Assembly (NCBI GenBank): GCA_045638025.1 | Contig: JAZUAO010000006.1 | Coordinates: forward strand, 3,281 to 67,280 | Length of the DNA: 64,000 bases | DNA from: Candidatus Gastranaerophilaceae bacterium | GTDB lineage: Bacteria; Cyanobacteriota; Vampirovibrionia; Gastranaerophilales; Gastranaerophilaceae | Direction: 5' to 3' | Part shown: positions 61,591 through 64,000 of the stretch, piece after piece | How positions within the stretch are numbered: position 1 is the stretch's first letter | Layout of the letters: each line of letters begins with the position of its first letter | Made by a program: the position numbers and the translations under genes | The notes under the pieces: model-generated | Database searches by the model: none | What the model saw: only the letters and a program-made list of their open reading frames with translations | Told to the model about the DNA's origin: nothing

Positions 61591-62226
61591 CTAAATATTC
61601 ATCTCACAATAATCTTTTATAGGGCATTCACCACATTTGGGATTAATAGGCTTACACACATTTTGCCCATGGGTAACCAACAATGAATTAATATCAATCC
61701 AATGTTTTTGGGGCATTTTCTCTCTTAGAGCAAACTCTGTTTCTTCTGGAGTTTTAGTTTTGACATAACCCAAACGGTTTGCAATTCTATGAACATGCAC
61801 ATCCACGCAAATTGCAGGTTTATTAAAACCTTCGCTAAGAACTAAATTCGCCGTTTTTCTACCAACGCCATTAAATTTGCATAATTCTTCAATTGTATCT
61901 GGAACTTTTGAATTATACTGTTCTACCAAAATTTTAGACAACTCTACAATTTGCTTTGCTTTATTGGCATAAAATCCTACGGGATAAATAGCCTTTGCCA
62001 AAACTTCAGGGTCCATTTTTGCAAAATCATCTGGAGTTTTTCCTAGTTCCAACATTCTTAATGTTGCAGGATAAGTAGTTCCATCATTTGTTCTCAAACT
62101 CAAAATACACGCAATCAAAACTAAATATGGGTCTTTAAAACTATCCATTAATTTAACAAAGTCACTTTGAGGTTGTTTTGCCTCTTTCAACGTTTCTACT
62201 ATTTTATCGATATTAATTTTTGACAC
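61591..62226 (-). CDS. nth: endonuclease III
   Basis: 211 aa with HhH-GPD (FNGVGRKTANLVL...VDVHVHR) and the C-terminal 4Fe-4S loop CKPINPKCGECPIKDYC. Confidence 0.92.
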   Translation of the reverse strand: MSKINIDKIVETLKEAKQPQSDFVKLMDSFKDPYLVLIACILSLRTNDGTTYPATLRMLELGKTPDDFAKMDPEVLAKAIYPVGFYANKAKQIVELSKILVEQYNSKVPDTIEELCKFNGVGRKTANLVLSEGFNKPAICVDVHVHRIANRLGYVKTKTPEETEFALREKMPQKHWIDINSLLVTHGQNVCKPINPKCGECPIKDYCEMNI

Positions 62227-63238
62227 GCAAAAGCCTTTCTACATCAATGGTAGTCTTAAGTTTCAGCGCATAAATATTATCTTTATTAAAACGCAATAAC
62301 TTAACGGCATCTTTTTCAGTAGTTACAATATTTCCACTGATATCAACTAAATCAATAGGAGAATACTGATGATGATCATCCAATGCAATTGTATCCTTAA
62401 CCTGAAAACCTGAAAGAAAATCAAAAAATTGTTGAGGTTGTCCAATAGCACAAATTGCTGTAATTGACTCACCTTCTTCTAATCTTTCACCCGTTTTAAT
62501 ATTATAAATATAATCTGGTTCTGTATAGCATAAATGAGTTTCAATACTTAAACGTTTTTGCATAATTTTTGCAAATTTTTCAGCCTTAGTATGATCAACG
62601 TTTTTACTAACAACCAAAAGTTTATCAATTCTTTCTAGCGCTTCAGCACCTTCTCTCAATGGTCCAGCTGGGAGAAGTTTTTCATTACCTAAACCCATTT
62701 TACTATCCATTAAAACTATATCTAAATCTCTATAAAACTTTCTATGCTGAAACCCATCATCTAAAATTATTTTAGTTACTCCAAAATTTTCAACAGCAAA
62801 TTTCGCAGCTTTATATCTATTCTTACAAGTTAAAACACAAACGCCTTCTGCTTTTTGAGCAAGCATAAATGGTTCATCGCCAGCCATCGCAGCCGTATAA
62901 AAAATATTTTTACCATCAGAAATTACGTTGACATTTTTATTAGAAAGTTTGCCACCATATCCTCTAGAAACAATTGCGACTCTTTCACCTTTTTTAATTA
63001 AATATCTTGCAATTTCAAGAACTACTGGTGTTTTACCGACACCACCAGTTGTCATATTCCCAACAGAAATTACATATGCATCGACCTTTTTAGGACGTAA
63101 AATTCTTTTATCATACATCCAGTTTTTCAACCTACTGCCTACGCCATAAACGTAGGAACAGCATTCTAAAAATTTTACTAAGCCGCCTTTTGCATCTCTA
63201 TCATAATGTAATTGTGTAATCTTTGTTTTTAATTTCAT
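62213..63238 (-). CDS. lpxK: tetraacyldisaccharide 4'-kinase
   Basis: 341 aa with P-loop VISVGNMTTGGVGKTP and ILDDGFQH. Confidence 0.9.
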   Translation of the reverse strand: MKLKTKITQLHYDRDAKGGLVKFLECCSYVYGVGSRLKNWMYDKRILRPKKVDAYVISVGNMTTGGVGKTPVVLEIARYLIKKGERVAIVSRGYGGKLSNKNVNVISDGKNIFYTAAMAGDEPFMLAQKAEGVCVLTCKNRYKAAKFAVENFGVTKIILDDGFQHRKFYRDLDIVLMDSKMGLGNEKLLPAGPLREGAEALERIDKLLVVSKNVDHTKAEKFAKIMQKRLSIETHLCYTEPDYIYNIKTGERLEEGESITAICAIGQPQQFFDFLSGFQVKDTIALDDHHQYSPIDLVDISGNIVTTEKDAVKLLRFNKDNIYALKLKTTIDVERLLRVKN

Positions 63239-63242
63239 ATCC

Positions 63243-64000
63243 TTAGAACATCAATCTAAATAGTAAAAATCTTTTATTTAATTTTTCTGAGAATTTTCTT
63301 AAATTACAAGTTGTCGCAGAAGTATCATCAATAATTTGTTGAATTTCTGTTTTATTCTCAGGAGTCAAGCTATTCAATGATGCCAATGTTGTTGAAATAT
63401 CTGTCATAGCTTTATTAACTGTATTTACAGTATAAGACAAATCTTTTTTTAAATTATCATCTTTAGTCATTGAATTTATATAACCACTAATTTCATTAAC
63501 ATTTCGCATTGTAATTTTTAAATCATTAGCTATAGCTTCAGCATTACCATTGTCCATAATTTTGTTTAGATTTTTGGCCAATAAATCAACAGCATCAGCG
63601 GTAGAATAAAGTTTATCTTTAAATTCTTTATCACCTAAATATTTATTTAAGTTGTTAGAAAGTTTAGAAAAATCATTACTTGTTCTGTCAAGCATAGTCA
63701 TCAACTGTTTCAAATCTCCATCTGAAGCATCAATTAATTTATCAAATTTAGCAATTGTTTCAGCAGATTGCGCAGTCAAAGAATTAATATTAGTAACTGA
63801 GTTTTGCAACTCAATAATAATCTCATCTGACAACAACTCGTTAATCTTTCTATTAGTTTCTGTTAAAGATTCAGCAGCTTTATATTGCCATTCCATAAAA
63901 TCTGCAATTCGCATAGGTTCAAGAATTGTGTATGGCAATTTTTGCTCTGGATAAGGTAAAATAGTATCATCTAACGTTGAGATCCTTAATTTTTTATCAC
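63243..64000 (-). CDS. coiled-coil protein, 5' end outside the window (possibly the C-terminal helical part of an MCE/MlaD-like protein)
   Basis: The frame stays open upstream of the track start (TTG 63938) to the window edge (...DKKLRISTLDDTILPYPEQKLPYTILEP...). The visible part is N/L/K/D-rich helical repeats ending in KRFLLFRLMF. The function call is weak. Confidence 0.35.
   Translation of the reverse strand, partial: DKKLRISTLDDTILPYPEQKLPYTILEPMRIADFMEWQYKAAESLTETNRKINELLSDEIIIELQNSVTNINSLTAQSAETIAKFDKLIDASDGDLKQLMTMLDRTSNDFSKLSNNLNKYLGDKEFKDKLYSTADAVDLLAKNLNKIMDNGNAEAIANDLKITMRNVNEISGYINSMTKDDNLKKDLSYTVNTVNKAMTDISTTLASLNSLTPENKTEIQQIIDDTSATTCNLRKFSEKLNKRFLLFRLMF

Overview
This is an AT-rich window (about one-third GC by eye) that is almost entirely coding. 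It looks chromosomal and comes from a diderm, flagellated, fermentative anaerobe. Supporting genes are lpxK, an MsbA-like exporter, TolC- and TpsB-type outer-membrane proteins, fliJ-fliK-rod/hook genes, a trimeric HydABC-type [FeFe]-hydrogenase and a rubredoxin. Together with a cyanobacterial-style ClpC this fits a Melainabacteria-like or similar lineage, but that is inference only. The left end holds a 1935-aa RTX (GGxGxD) repeat protein facing its own type I secretion operon (HlyD, HlyB with a degenerate C39-like domain, TolC) plus a GT4 glycosyltransferase. The most unusual part lies at about 13.4-19.3 kb. Five genes there encode very divergent members of modifying-enzyme folds: PARP/ART-like, GNAT-like, PAD/agmatine-deiminase-like, CheD-like and a group II PLP decarboxylase. 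These five, and three more proteins elsewhere, share a short N-proximal motif (hydrophobic-S/T-F-T/K/S-S/G/P). The three distal members are a 529-aa membrane protein and a CheR-like methyltransferase at 33.3-35.9 kb, and a membrane-anchored GlgA-like GT5 at 46.7-49.5 kb. Most of these genes are preceded by the same non-canonical bipartite promoter-like element ([TA][AG]GCAA-N17-19-TTTATA-like). I treat this dispersed set as a candidate undescribed regulon or targeting system. The rest is housekeeping: rpe, rnc, cdsA, frr, pyrH, queA, yidC, coaE, pth, clpC, bioA/bioD, nth, lpxK and nupC. There are also three tRNAs (Pro-TGG, Leu-TAG, Lys-TTT), an unassigned structured intergenic segment next to tRNA-Leu, an orphan GspF/PilC gene translationally coupled to clpC, a pilin-like protein and an orphan TpsB transporter. 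I saw no CRISPR array, transposase, integrase or rRNA. All domain calls come from motif recognition by eye and none were confirmed by searches.
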